Assembly: GCA_008369845.1 (NCBI GenBank)
Contig: MRSU01007380.1
Span: 1 to 64,000 of the forward strand
Reading direction: 5' to 3'
Length of the DNA: 64,000 nt
Origin: Trichomonas gallinae
Taxonomy: Eukaryota
Part shown: in pieces, positions 10,601-20,498 of the stretch
Position numbering within the stretch: position 1 is the first letter of the stretch
How the letters are laid out: every line of letters begins with the position of its first letter
Made by a program: the position numbers and the translations under genes
The notes under the pieces: generated by a model
What the model saw: only the letters and a program-made list of their open reading frames with translations
Told to the model about the DNA's origin: nothing
Database searches by the model: none

Positions 10601-12406
10601 ATGGACATTTGGTTCTACTACAACTGCAAACGATTTAATTTATTATCTACAGTAACGAATGATGCACTTTTGCTGATTATTTTAAATGGATCAATTCCTC
10701 AGAACATAACCGATCGACAGACAATCACAACAAGGATAAAGAAGAACCTTGATGCTATCCTCAAAGTCAACAATATTCTTATAAATGGCGACGGAGACAT
10801 AAAACAGCAAATCGGTTTTGACGAGAAACTTGACGAGTTAATTCTCGAAAACAATTGCGATTTAGGAAGAAATCCGGAATCAATACACGACATGTATGGA
10901 TGCTCAAGCATGAATTCAGTGTTATTGACATACAGAAACTTTGTCAATGATATTATTTTAGAACCTGATTCATTCAAAGGTGACATGCACAATGAATTAG
11001 TTGTAAATTTAATTCATATGGTTGAAATCCATTTATATCCATACATGTTACAGAATTTGAACAGAATCACACAGATTTACCACGAGAAGTATGATGAGTT
11101 TGTTTCCCAATTTATTATTTTGGTGACAATTGGCGCGATTGCTTCTGTTGTCAACTTTTTGTTCTCCATGACATATGTCATCGCTTTTAACCAAGTCTGG
11201 AGGACAATGCTGAGACTGATACAAAGATTGCCTCCATTATATGTCGCCTCTTCTCAGCCAATATTGAATTACTTCAAATATCATACAATACATAACACCA
11301 ATGATGATAACGAAATGCCGATGTCAAAATTAATTGTTTTCAATGCCAGCCAAGCAATTATAATCACAAATCAGCATGGTATCATAGAGATAATCAATCC
11401 TAGTGTTACCCACAACTTTGGTTTGACTCCTGATCAAATGCTTGGTCAGCTAATCACGAATTTTGCTCCACCGGAAGAAAAAGGAAAAATTATTTCTCAG
11501 ATAGAATCAATGACAATTGAAAAAGGGTCAACTTTCTTCCAAGACCACATACAGCTTTATAATGAAGCAAAAACCGAAATACCATATGTTCTCACTATGA
11601 TAGGGATGAAAGACATGGACAAAGTTTCTTCGATTGTTTTCATTTTAACGAACGAAAGTGACGAAATAAAGAAGAGAATTGACGCTGAAACAGCGAAAGC
11701 AAAATCAGAGAAACTCTTACACCAGATTCTCCCAACAGACACAGTTCTTCGTTTAAACAGAGGCGAGAAAGATATAACATATACGATTCCGATTGCAACC
11801 GTTTTCTTTGTTGACATTGTCAAGTTTTCGAAATATGCAGCAAATCTGACACCACATGACATCATGGCAAATCTTTCCCTCGTTTTCTCAACATTCGATG
11901 GAATAGTTGCTAATTACAAATCCATCACAAAGATAAAGCTTATCGGTGATGTATACATGGCAGCATCAGGTCTATTTGGGGATTCTCGCGGTTTAGCAAA
12001 TAAGCACGCAGAAGATGCAGTAAGATGTTGTTGCGAGATACAAAAGTCGATGGAAACAATCAACAACAAACTTGACTCGAATCTAGAAGTAAGAATAGGT
12101 GTCAACAGCGGTGGACCACTAATTGGTGGCGTCCTTGGCTCAGACAAGCCAGCTTTCGATATCATCGGTGATGCAATCAATGTCGCTGCTCGCCTTCAAT
12201 CTACTGATGTTCCTGGAAAAGTGCAAATATCCAGGGATACGAAAGAACTCATCGCGTGCTATGATTTTATAATAGAAGAACGTGGTGAAATATTTTTGAA
12301 AGGAAAAGGCAATTTAGTAACTTATCTTGTTTCTCTGCCACGAGCTGCAACAGGAGAAGACTCAAATGCACTCAGTCTAATTTCTGGACAACTACCAGAT
12401 ATATAA
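7625..12406 (+). CDS. Transmembrane adenylyl cyclase (class III) with PAS domain; probable CTG start
   Basis: Many TM helices and a PAS domain (AIIITNQHGIIEIINP..FG..QMLG). Catalytic FVDIVKFS, KIKLIGDVYM, FDIIGDAINVAARLQS; the K/D pair indicates ATP specificity. Frame is open from 7601; first ATG at 7748. Confidence 0.9.
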   Translation: MPAQELPSSNIKPLNVATTEGHSLRRSFVYTFDNLFPLYYHMIHSIHLPSWFSIACTMIISLQVLFSSLWIYAPAFYRMSDNYFNFYTKFIKVFTFQTATDYTIDHLLTSYICFTVAMVSLLWLWFVVLYEFKHYTIPKVFLFISVLIIDIIEPLFLIPSTYSVSHAITALYYKNSSKYVIELIIGLISLITCSFHFVISMFLKSRSVVLTNLTFQLYDPLVYIIWFALTSISVIFTVICKWFESWFYILIVVIHILVISYLLYRVTFLPFPVLWKNAVAFALGMTVVTLDVNYIIISIFKSFTYNYTIYVALVATVVWSVVSHFAFKKKFSKLKIILTDEDDDKDELFNLFSQLKIGKDYHHTMQYLAVGMSEICDYFVDGTLFQFIMDHAIDEQTIALLLQVLTYFPAEYNKLNAVYKKLSSKPKLDFVNRFLIFQIAKIKTRRLVTSTGETNETVYRLRTLNDECRLLMRSFWEKTYCKSDFLSILDAKINDTGNYMEFILENNPNNIAINTEYLNFLSDISCEFDKAIAQSIRTDAITDGNNFNIDVCFRSVVTKFPRYIKDGILDENGMKAAPENEDQLEDSPLTNGLSRRDSEFFDILMLNPQMINLDKNPSEHYSKVKGIDAEKEEFVANKLIKDSAGRLAFFNALHDSKPVQSYYIVIFSTLCVVLQLVLFVLIFVRIKSTFDWRDLPQTSMLYSGGSTFFLQYSHLYSLLHWANNTGRWVKNSALLGNISMDPDEYILPEIDIKGNYDNLIFQTITVSMQFIKIVVDSIAEKDGILDGYQFAPQLIKQEYDFYECNDGVPHGTIKTSIKEKEINTAMYQKIIVGTLLQNGTAQNIFQMNAYCNIHMNLYGITEIIQQELESMKNYSIARSIPSSKVFNFYLIFGITLSIVFSLIPISVLIYFFKRSLNKILAVLLSLPNNIKEQAKESIMVSGYISSSAVDGKIEKRSRKWQAIINIIIIIAICLFILFSCRRGMNLNTDIANMDIWFYYNCKRFNLLSTVTNDALLLIILNGSIPQNITDRQTITTRIKKNLDAILKVNNILINGDGDIKQQIGFDEKLDELILENNCDLGRNPESIHDMYGCSSMNSVLLTYRNFVNDIILEPDSFKGDMHNELVVNLIHMVEIHLYPYMLQNLNRITQIYHEKYDEFVSQFIILVTIGAIASVVNFLFSMTYVIAFNQVWRTMLRLIQRLPPLYVASSQPILNYFKYHTIHNTNDDNEMPMSKLIVFNASQAIIITNQHGIIEIINPSVTHNFGLTPDQMLGQLITNFAPPEEKGKIISQIESMTIEKGSTFFQDHIQLYNEAKTEIPYVLTMIGMKDMDKVSSIVFILTNESDEIKKRIDAETAKAKSEKLLHQILPTDTVLRLNRGEKDITYTIPIATVFFVDIVKFSKYAANLTPHDIMANLSLVFSTFDGIVANYKSITKIKLIGDVYMAASGLFGDSRGLANKHAEDAVRCCCEIQKSMETINNKLDSNLEVRIGVNSGGPLIGGVLGSDKPAFDIIGDAINVAARLQSTDVPGKVQISRDTKELIACYDFIIEERGEIFLKGKGNLVTYLVSLPRAATGEDSNALSLISGQLPDI

Positions 12407-12504
12407 TTTTGTTTTTATATATTATTTTTATTGTTTATTAATAAATTTTCCATTCATTCACACTTAAGGAGCACCATTTTTAGTCGTAAAATGTGACATT
12501 TTGA

Positions 12505-13524
12505 ATTTTTCCAACAATTTTTGTTGGTTAAAATAGAATCAATATTCACTGGGATAATTCCCCTCTCGATGTTTGGGAGCGATATTATAGATCCAAATTC
12601 AGTGGGACCACCACCCAATGCGTAAATTGTGGTGTGCCAACAAATTCGAATGAGATATATATTTTTTTATCATCATTCAAAGGTATGACTGATCGCGCAA
12701 TGAATATCCAAAAAGATAATATAAAATTTCTTGATTCAAATTGTTTTTTTAATAATTGCAAGAAAAGATCAGGAAATGGAGGGGCGATTAACTTTCAATG
12801 CACGTCAGCAATGATTCAACGCCGTTTTTGTTGCATTGATTGTTCTATTAATAATGCGCATGGTGCTCATTCTTTTTGTTACTTCAACGCGCAAAGCTCT
12901 CTCCCGAATTTAGTAATAGAAAGTTCTGTATCGCAATGCAAAGGAGATATTCGCTCATGTTTTCTTATTCATGGAGGGAATACAGGCGTTTATTCAACGA
13001 ATTGCAGCAATAATGAAGTTTATACAGGCTCAGGCTTTGAAACTCATTCTGCGAATCAAGAATTTATTTGTAATTTTTCGTCATTTTGCAATAACATACA
13101 AAGCGATTCTTTCGTTGTATTTCAAGGTGAAGGTACATTTAAAGATTATATGTGCAATTTTGTTAACAATCCATGGAGTGGCAATACATGGTTCATGATT
13201 CATTTGAGAAGAGGACCGAGTCTCTCTGTGGATAGTTGTATAATAATAGGCCCATACGGATCAAATAATATATTCGGAATAGGAAACTCTGGGATTATAA
13301 CAGTCGCTAACTGTGACATAGACAACATCAATAAAATTGGTGCAGTAACGACAAAGAATATAAGAACAAATAGAAATACAAACAAACTTAGTCATTATTC
13401 AACAATGAATTGCGAGGCAGTAAATCCATTAGCTGATAATGAATTTATTAAATTGAGTATTCCAGCTTTTTTAAAAAGACTTTACTTCGCATTACAATTT
13501 TGCAACCCATTACTAGACATATGA
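12505..13524 (+). pseudogene. Secreted/surface beta-helix-like (GGAI, FxxN; Pmp-like) protein, copy 1; disrupted 5' end
   Basis: Frame continues upstream of 12634 (NRINIHWDNSPLDVWERYYRS) to TAA at 12529, preceded by ATT-TTT-CCA-ACA-ATT-TTT-GTT-GGT (signal-peptide-like). First ATG at 12685. Confidence 0.6.
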
Positions 13525-14370
13525 AAAAAAAGTGCAGTGAATATAGAAAAAAGTAATATTAAATTCCTTGATTCCCATTGTTTTTTCAAAGAATGCAAAA
13601 AATATTCACAAAGTGGAGGCGCAATTTACTTTAAAGGCAATAGTTCTATAATTCAGCGCTGCTTTTGCAGTATTGGATGCTCAGTTAATACTGCCTATGG
13701 TGCTCATTCATATTGTGAAATTTATCAAACAAATTCATTACCTAATTTAGTAATAGAAAGTTCGATTTCGCAATGCAAAGGGACATTAATATATTCAGTG
13801 TTGCAATTGCGATATGGCAACACCGGAGTTTATTCGACGAATTCAAGCAAGAACGAAGTTGACAGATGCTCAGGTTTCCAAAATCTCGAACTAACAGGAG
13901 AAAGCATTTGCAACTTTTCATCATTTTGCTACAACAATATGAATTACGCTCTTGTTTTATGGCATGCTGATGGGTTGTTCAAAGACTACATGTGCAATTT
14001 TGTTAACAATCCTTGGAATAGTAATGAGTATTCATTGATTCATTTACACCATGGCAATTCTCCCTCTGTTGAGAATTGCACATTTATTGGCCCTTATGGG
14101 AAATCGAAGATATTTGGAGTTAGTGGAAATCCAATAGGAACAATTACAGCCACAAACTGCAACGTAGATTATATTAATGAAATAGGAAAAGCAACACCAA
14201 TAAATTTAAATCAGAACACAATAACAAATAAACTCAGTCATTATTCAACAATGAACTGTGAGGCAGAGAATCCAATTATAATAGGATACATCTATCAAGA
14301 AACGTATCATAACATATTTTATGTTAAATTTATCAAATTGCTGCCATGTGTTGTTATTATAAAAATATAG
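13525..14370 (+). pseudogene. Tandem paralog (copy 2) of the GGAI beta-helix-like protein, 5'-truncated
   Basis: Clear similarity to copy 1 (NIKFLDS, GAHS, SLPNLVIESS, GNTGVYSTN, FKDYMCNFVNNPW, TNKLSHYSTMNCEA). GTG at 13537 aligns with an internal ATG of copy 1. The nearby ATG at 13521 is out of frame across an A8 run. Confidence 0.6.
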
Positions 14371-14564
14371 TAAAACATTCTATCATAGATAATCAAATCA
14401 ATGACTAAATTGAATCAAATAAGATTTTTAATTGAAAACTCAAAAATTTCAGCGATAACAATATATTTTGATAAAATAAATAAGATTTTTGTATGTTTCT
14501 ATGCATGTTTTTCGCTAAAACAAAACAAAAATTTTGGTTGATGCAATTTGTCACTTTTAGAATC

Positions 14565-15839
14565 ATGAGTTCATCTGATGACGATAATCCATTCGCCGGG
14601 CTCGACTACAGCTCCGATGATGGATATGACGGAGAGGAAGATGGTGAGGAGGAGAAACGTGAGATTTACATTCCTCCAGCTCCTGTGATTCAGGCTGCTC
14701 CACCTCCACCAGCTGCAAAACCGAAGAAAGAGGAGAAGAAAGATGAAGACAGCGATGCAGAGTTCATGGAATTGATGGAACAACACCAGAAAAAGCAAAA
14801 ATATAATATTCCAAAACGCGAAGTCAGCGAAAAACTCAAATTCAACGTTGCACAAGAATTAATTGATCGCTATGATGAACAAGCATTCGCAGATGCAGCA
14901 AAAATTCCAAAAAGCGCTGCAATTAATAAATTTATCAACAGAAGAAGAGAATGGCCGAGCGTTGTGTCTTCTTCGTACAGAGTTAGAGAACTTCCAGGTG
15001 ATAAATGTGAAGTTACATATACAGAATATGGACTTTCTTGCAAGAAACAATTTGCGAAACTGGAAGAATTAAGGATTCAAGGATCAATCATCCAAGATGC
15101 ATTACAAATATTGCCAATGGAGCCATTCTGTCCACAGCTTCTCTATACAGCTTGCAATGTTGCTTTATTCCAACGCGAATTTAATGTTGCTACAGATATT
15201 GCTCTTAGACTTACATGGATTCTTCAGCAGACTCTTCCCCAAAACTTCAAGCCTTCCAAAACTGTCTTTGTCGGTGAAGCTGCAGGAGCTTTCCAAAATC
15301 TTGCAGCGTATATTGCTACTTTCTGCTTTAGAAGGGGCTGCTATACAACATCTGCAGCATTATGGAAATTCTGCGTTGAGAATTTCATGGAAGATTCATC
15401 ATCAGCTTTAATCGCTGCAGCAATTCCAGCTTTATTCGTTGGAGATAAAGACTTTATCGAAAGAACACTCAATTCAGGAAGAAAAGTTAACAATGTTCCT
15501 ATAACTGATTTACCTGATTGGAGAATCTGCGCCGCTCTTTTAGATGAAGATGACGAAAAGCTCAAAAAAGAGCTAAGCGTGTGGCGTCATGCCCTCCTTG
15601 GCGAAGAATTGGATCAATCAACGCCAGATAAACTTGCAAGTATCGAAATGCTCGCAAAGAAGAGATTAACAACTTATTTACAGAGAGACGAAGTTTCCAG
15701 TCGAATATCAAGACTGCAAAAAGATGTTACAAAAGATAATTCTTTGAGAGAAAAATTAGTTTTGAGCTGGGCAGCATTTCAAGGAGAAATACCTGTATTC
15801 CAGATCCTGGAAGAAGCTGCAATGCCAGTCGGATCATAA
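14565..15839 (+). CDS. TCF25: TCF25/Rqc1 (Nulp1)-like ribosome quality-control factor
   Basis: Acidic/low-complexity N-terminus. EPFCPQLLYTACNVALFQREFNVATDIALRL and FCFRRGCYTTSAALWKF..EDSSSALI..ALF match the TCF25 PYHvdsLLq..A.dl.eRAL and RRGCxRTA motifs from recollection. GTCACTTT at 14550 precedes the ATG. Confidence 0.7.
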   Translation: MSSSDDDNPFAGLDYSSDDGYDGEEDGEEEKREIYIPPAPVIQAAPPPPAAKPKKEEKKDEDSDAEFMELMEQHQKKQKYNIPKREVSEKLKFNVAQELIDRYDEQAFADAAKIPKSAAINKFINRRREWPSVVSSSYRVRELPGDKCEVTYTEYGLSCKKQFAKLEELRIQGSIIQDALQILPMEPFCPQLLYTACNVALFQREFNVATDIALRLTWILQQTLPQNFKPSKTVFVGEAAGAFQNLAAYIATFCFRRGCYTTSAALWKFCVENFMEDSSSALIAAAIPALFVGDKDFIERTLNSGRKVNNVPITDLPDWRICAALLDEDDEKLKKELSVWRHALLGEELDQSTPDKLASIEMLAKKRLTTYLQRDEVSSRISRLQKDVTKDNSLREKLVLSWAAFQGEIPVFQILEEAAMPVGS

Positions 15840-16433
15840 ATGTTTTAATATTTATATGTTCATCATTGTAAGATTGATTCTAGTTTAGAAATAAAGCATA
15901 TTTCGAATATTACATGGAAATATCATGCGCATATTTCCAAATTAGTAAATTTTGAATAAAATATTTTTTCATATGAAATTTTATTGCGATTTAACAAATT
16001 TTATGATTATTAATATGCTGAGAAACAATTTTTAAGCCTAATTTTCATTGTTTTCATGGTTTCCGATGAGATTTCTGATTTATAGCTAATTAATCCTTAC
16101 ATGTGTGGATAATGGCATTTGTTTCAATTCGACAATTTTGTATATTATTAAACTGCACTTGAATTAGTAAATGAAACGCAAAATATAAAACGATATTTTA
16201 ATTTTGTTAGAAGTAGTTGGAGAAACAAGAGTAAATGCTTAATTGAATTTATATCAGATCACATTCAGTTAAAGTTTTGCCATTAATGAAAAAATAATAA
16301 TTACGATTGGGCAGAACTTGATTATATCAAACAACAATCATTGAATGACATCAGTTGAATGCACAAATTAATGTAATAGTAATGTTTAGTTGATTTATTA
16401 AACACAATTAAAAAAACATTTTACTAAACAAAT

Positions 16434-17372
16434 CTAATTATTAATATTATTAATGATATTCGACCTCTTGTAGTGTTCAATAGCACCAGAGAGATTCAGC
16501 TTCTTGGCGAGGATTCTTGCATTTTCTTGCAAATCTCCTCCAATGAAATGGTATCTTCCGTTGTTATTGAACGATATGAGAGATCTAATATAGCTTAGAA
16601 TTGTGTTATTCTCCTTATGGACGAAACTTTCCATAATCTTTGCTGAATTTCTGTGGTTGATGACAAATACTGGAATGTCTGGATCAACTCGTGTAATGAG
16701 GCTTGAGAATGGGTGAACATTCAAAGATGAGCCTGAAATAATCAACATATCACATTTTTTGAAATCTTCGTTAATGTGAATGAAAAAGTGTTCTGGCATC
16801 TGCTCACCGAAGAATGTTACATCTGGTTTTACATGTTCACCGCCGCAGTACTTGCAAACCGGAACCGTAACTGAATCAAAATCAAAACTATCATGATTAA
16901 GTTGACTTAAGCAGTCATTAAGGTCAATCTCCATGCCACAGTCAACACAATGGCAAGAACATAGGCCACCATGGCATAAAACGAGCTTTTTTGGATCAAT
17001 TCCTGTAGAAATCTCCAGCCCGTCGATATTTGTTGTGTACCACCTTCTTAGGACATGCATATTATTGAGCGCACGAATTAAGTAATGGAAATCCGTGGAT
17101 TGTGGCTTCCAATCCCATGGCCATAATTTGTTGAACACCCACCAGAAAGGGCGTGGATCTCTCATGAAGAAACGGATATCGAACACGAACTCTGGTCCTT
17201 CTACATCAAAGTACATCAAATTATCAGCTATGTTCATCAAATCACTTGAGATCGAATGAAGGTCTGGGATTCCTGATTCATTTGAGATTCCTGCACCTGT
17301 CATTACGACAATATTCTTGTAGGTGCCTGTTTTGATCATCTTAACTAATTCGTCAATCTCTGTCTTGTACAT
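16434..17372 (-). CDS. Sir2-family (class I-like) sirtuin with altered NAD-binding residues
   Basis: GAGISNESGIPD, NIDGLE, catalytic HG, CxxC..CxxC zinc site, KPDVTFFGE, GSSLNVHPF, VIN. Confidence 0.92.
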   Translation of the reverse strand: MYKTEIDELVKMIKTGTYKNIVVMTGAGISNESGIPDLHSISSDLMNIADNLMYFDVEGPEFVFDIRFFMRDPRPFWWVFNKLWPWDWKPQSTDFHYLIRALNNMHVLRRWYTTNIDGLEISTGIDPKKLVLCHGGLCSCHCVDCGMEIDLNDCLSQLNHDSFDFDSVTVPVCKYCGGEHVKPDVTFFGEQMPEHFFIHINEDFKKCDMLIISGSSLNVHPFSSLITRVDPDIPVFVINHRNSAKIMESFVHKENNTILSYIRSLISFNNNGRYHFIGGDLQENARILAKKLNLSGAIEHYKRSNIINNINN

Positions 17373-17619
17373 TTTTTACTAATGAAGGATTTTCAAACCC
17401 AAAATTTGAATATCGTGCAAATTTTGTGACCAAAGATCCCAATTTTTGCATAAAAATTATCTATATACTTTTATATAGGTTTTATTGAGTGTACACAAAA
17501 AAATAGATACTAACAAAATTTTGTGATCTCACAGAAAAATTTGTGAATTAACCCTTTTACAATATGTATGAGAAAACTACCGAAAACAATATTTTATAAT
17601 GTTAAAAAATTAATATTAA

Positions 17620-18100
17620 TTTAATTGAGAGGGGTTCAATAAAAGCAGAAAACGATGGCTGTATTGAAAATCTTCCGAATTCGACCAGTTGTAAATCCAT
17701 TGGTATTTATTGTTAGCCATCTTTTCATTTGTTATATTTTGAAGTAAAAAAGTTTTCATCGAAGATTTTTGATTTGAGCAGAAAAAAATGTTTTCACTTT
17801 AAGATGTATAAAATAAGCGAATATTCCATATGCTTAGGTGATGATGATGCTGATTCACCTATTAATCTTGATTTCTTTTTGCCGTTTTTTGAGAACGATA
17901 TAAAAAAGATTTAAATATATCTGAAACAAGTTTGTTTACATGAGGTTTTCTTTTTGGAATCAATTGTGTGGTCTATTGGGCTACGTATAGTTGTTCCAAA
18001 ACAATGAAAACGGTGTCCTAAAATCACATCGCTTAGATTACGATTTCGTACCGGATTTCCTAGATACACTTCATTAATGAGGTATATAAATCAACATGTT
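17620..18100 (-). pseudogene. Possible decayed gene remnant
   Basis: Protein-like fragments in shifting frames (e.g. DENFLLQNITNEKMANNKYQWIYNWSNSEDFQYSHRFLLLLNP), raised GC, and a TGACACGTAAA element at 18157. Family not recognised. Confidence 0.25.
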
Positions 18101-18763
18101 TTGAAAAGAATCAATAAATCCATGATGTGGCTATCGGATTGTAGAATTATATTGCTTTTGACACGTAAAATATGGCATGTCAAAATTATTATATTCTATT
18201 ATTAGAAAATGCCTACAAGGATATGGAAACTAATACCATGTTTTCTATCGATACAACATCAAAATATTTGTTTAAAATAAGTTAAATGTTCATTAGTTCT
18301 CGAGATCATGTTTGAATTCGACTTGCAACAAGATATACCATAACTTTTATTAGATTAACATATGTAATAGCTGAACTAGTATACATTAAATGACGAGTAA
18401 TGCAAGCTTGCATAGAATTCATCAAAATTAGTTCGAAATATTCATAATAAGCTTGGATATTTTACAATTTAAATTTTGGAATACCATTAAAATTATATTA
18501 TAGTCATAATACATAAAGAAAACGAGTCAAATTCTAATATTGTTTTGATTCTCAAAATTTCACTAAATTTAAGAAAACTAAACTAGACAAAACCATGACT
18601 GCAACAGTAATATAAACACATTATAAATACAGCATGAACTAGTATCTTGTTTTTTTCAAATGAAGATATCATCGCGGTAAGATAGACATTATGAAAAGTG
18701 TGATGAAAATTTATGTTAGAAGAATGGCTCAAATGAGCCAATTTTAAAAAATTCTACCATCGG

Positions 18764-18940
18764 TTATAAATTATGCAATTGATTTGGCATAGGAGGTAGT
18801 TCAATAGCAACTGGATGAATGTTTATCTGCTTAGGTTTAGGGCATATAGGCATTTTATTTCGAGTAGGATCGGCGTAAATTTTCCGTCTTTCTTCTTCCG
18901 TGTGAAATTCATGGACTATGACCCTTCCATCTTCAGGCAT
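18764..18940 (-). CDS. Small proline-rich hypothetical protein (58 aa)
   Basis: MPEDGRVIVHEFHTEEERRKIYADPTRNKMPICPKPKQINIHPVAIELPPMPNQLHNL. The ATG is immediately preceded by TCATT (Inr-like). Composition is protein-like. Confidence 0.5.
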   Translation of the reverse strand: MPEDGRVIVHEFHTEEERRKIYADPTRNKMPICPKPKQINIHPVAIELPPMPNQLHNL

Positions 18941-19570
18941 AATGAAAGTTATGAGTCGAAGGCTAGGGAAAGGCTTAACCATGAAAAATAATGACAAAAC
19001 CGCAAAATCATCAAATGAATTTTGGAATGAAAATTTCATTAAAAATGTGGCAAGGTGAATTGATGGCTTTAAAGTGTAATAGCATACTTTATCATGACTC
19101 ATGATGTTAAATGTGATAGAAGACCGCGACTTTAGCAAAGTAATAATATTCTGGAGATTATAAAATGAATATCACTTCATTCATGATGATGAAATGATTG
19201 GATTTCGTAACAATAGAATGAATTCATGTATAAATTGATATAATTCCATTTTTATTTTTTAATGGAGATGATAATCTGTTGAAAAATGATTTTGTTTATT
19301 ATCCACAATAAAAATATACATTATCCTATTGTTTCCAAATATGATGCATACGTTATTTTTTGCATTTACCTATATGAAATTTGATTTGATTATATCATTA
19401 TAACAAAATGATGAAATGCTGATGCATCATAATCTAAAACAGCGCATATCCGTAGATTAAACTTGAAACAGAGCCAAAAAAATGCGAAATCATGATTTTG
19501 TTGTGTAAAAATATTTTACATATAAAAATAAAATCGTCAATTTTTTTCATTTTATATTTTATTATTTCGT

Positions 19571-20218
19571 ATGGAGAACATGGAGCTTTACTCATTGATA
19601 TTGTTCATAATTGACGACCATGACGATGACGTCAACTACCAGCTCAGGAGAGTTTACCGCCGATACTAGATTGTCAACACAGTTACCAAGATTTTGTTAT
19701 TGCCGTCGTTATTATTGTTCTATCTCATCAACACAAAGAGCCCAAATACATTTGTTCTTCTTTATCTCATCATTCATTTCATCGCGGATATTTTGTTAAT
19801 TGTTATCTACAGTCGCAAATACAACGATGTTTTTACATCCTGCGCCTATGCTCTTGGCCATTTCCTCCTTTGCTTATGCTTCAAGATTTATTGGAAGAAC
19901 GTCAATTATATTGCATTTGTTGTTCCAATTGCTACAATTGCCTTAGAGCTTGTTTATGTTGCTCCACGCATTAACCTTAAGGGCAACCGCATTTACTCTA
20001 TTCTTGCTTATATCGTGATTTTGAATTGCGCTCTCTTCTACGCATCAGCACGCACATCTACACTTGGTATCACCAGCCTTAAGTACTGGGCTGGCTTGAT
20101 TGGCTATCTTCTATTCATCAGTGTTGAATGCCATTATATCAGAAGATTCTTGACAGTTGATCCAAACATTTTATATCCAGCTACCCAGTTCTGCATCATT
20201 TTGACTATAATAGACTAA
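19571..20218 (+). pseudogene. YhhN/TMEM86 (lysoplasmalogenase)-like membrane protein with in-frame TAG at 19667
   Basis: ATG 19571 reads MENMELYSLILFIID..RRY*IVNTVTKILLLPSL in one frame. TKxLLxP, ADILL, YALGH, AY and GYLLF resemble YhhN motifs. Confidence 0.65.
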
Positions 20219-20498
20219 AATCTTTTTGAATTTCGAATTTGAAAGATAAACTTATCTATTGCAAACATTAACAATGGTTTTTAATAATGCTAGCTCACAC
20301 GAGCTAAATGATATCGAGAAATTAATTATTTATAGATCAATTTTTTTCATCGAGCAGAAAATAGTGAAATATACTCAAAATAGGGTAGTATAAGTTTTGA
20401 GAGCCATACAATATGGCAGACTTGTGCTATTTTTTCATTATTTTAGTTCTGCTTATTATTTAATATGTATTGGTTGAAAAGTGACATTTTCAAATTTT

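Noticed and set aside
19631..19669. Possible GT..AG intron (18 or 39 nt) removing the TAG at 19667
   Set aside because: Lacks the Trichomonas 5' splice and branch-site (ACTAAC-type) consensus.
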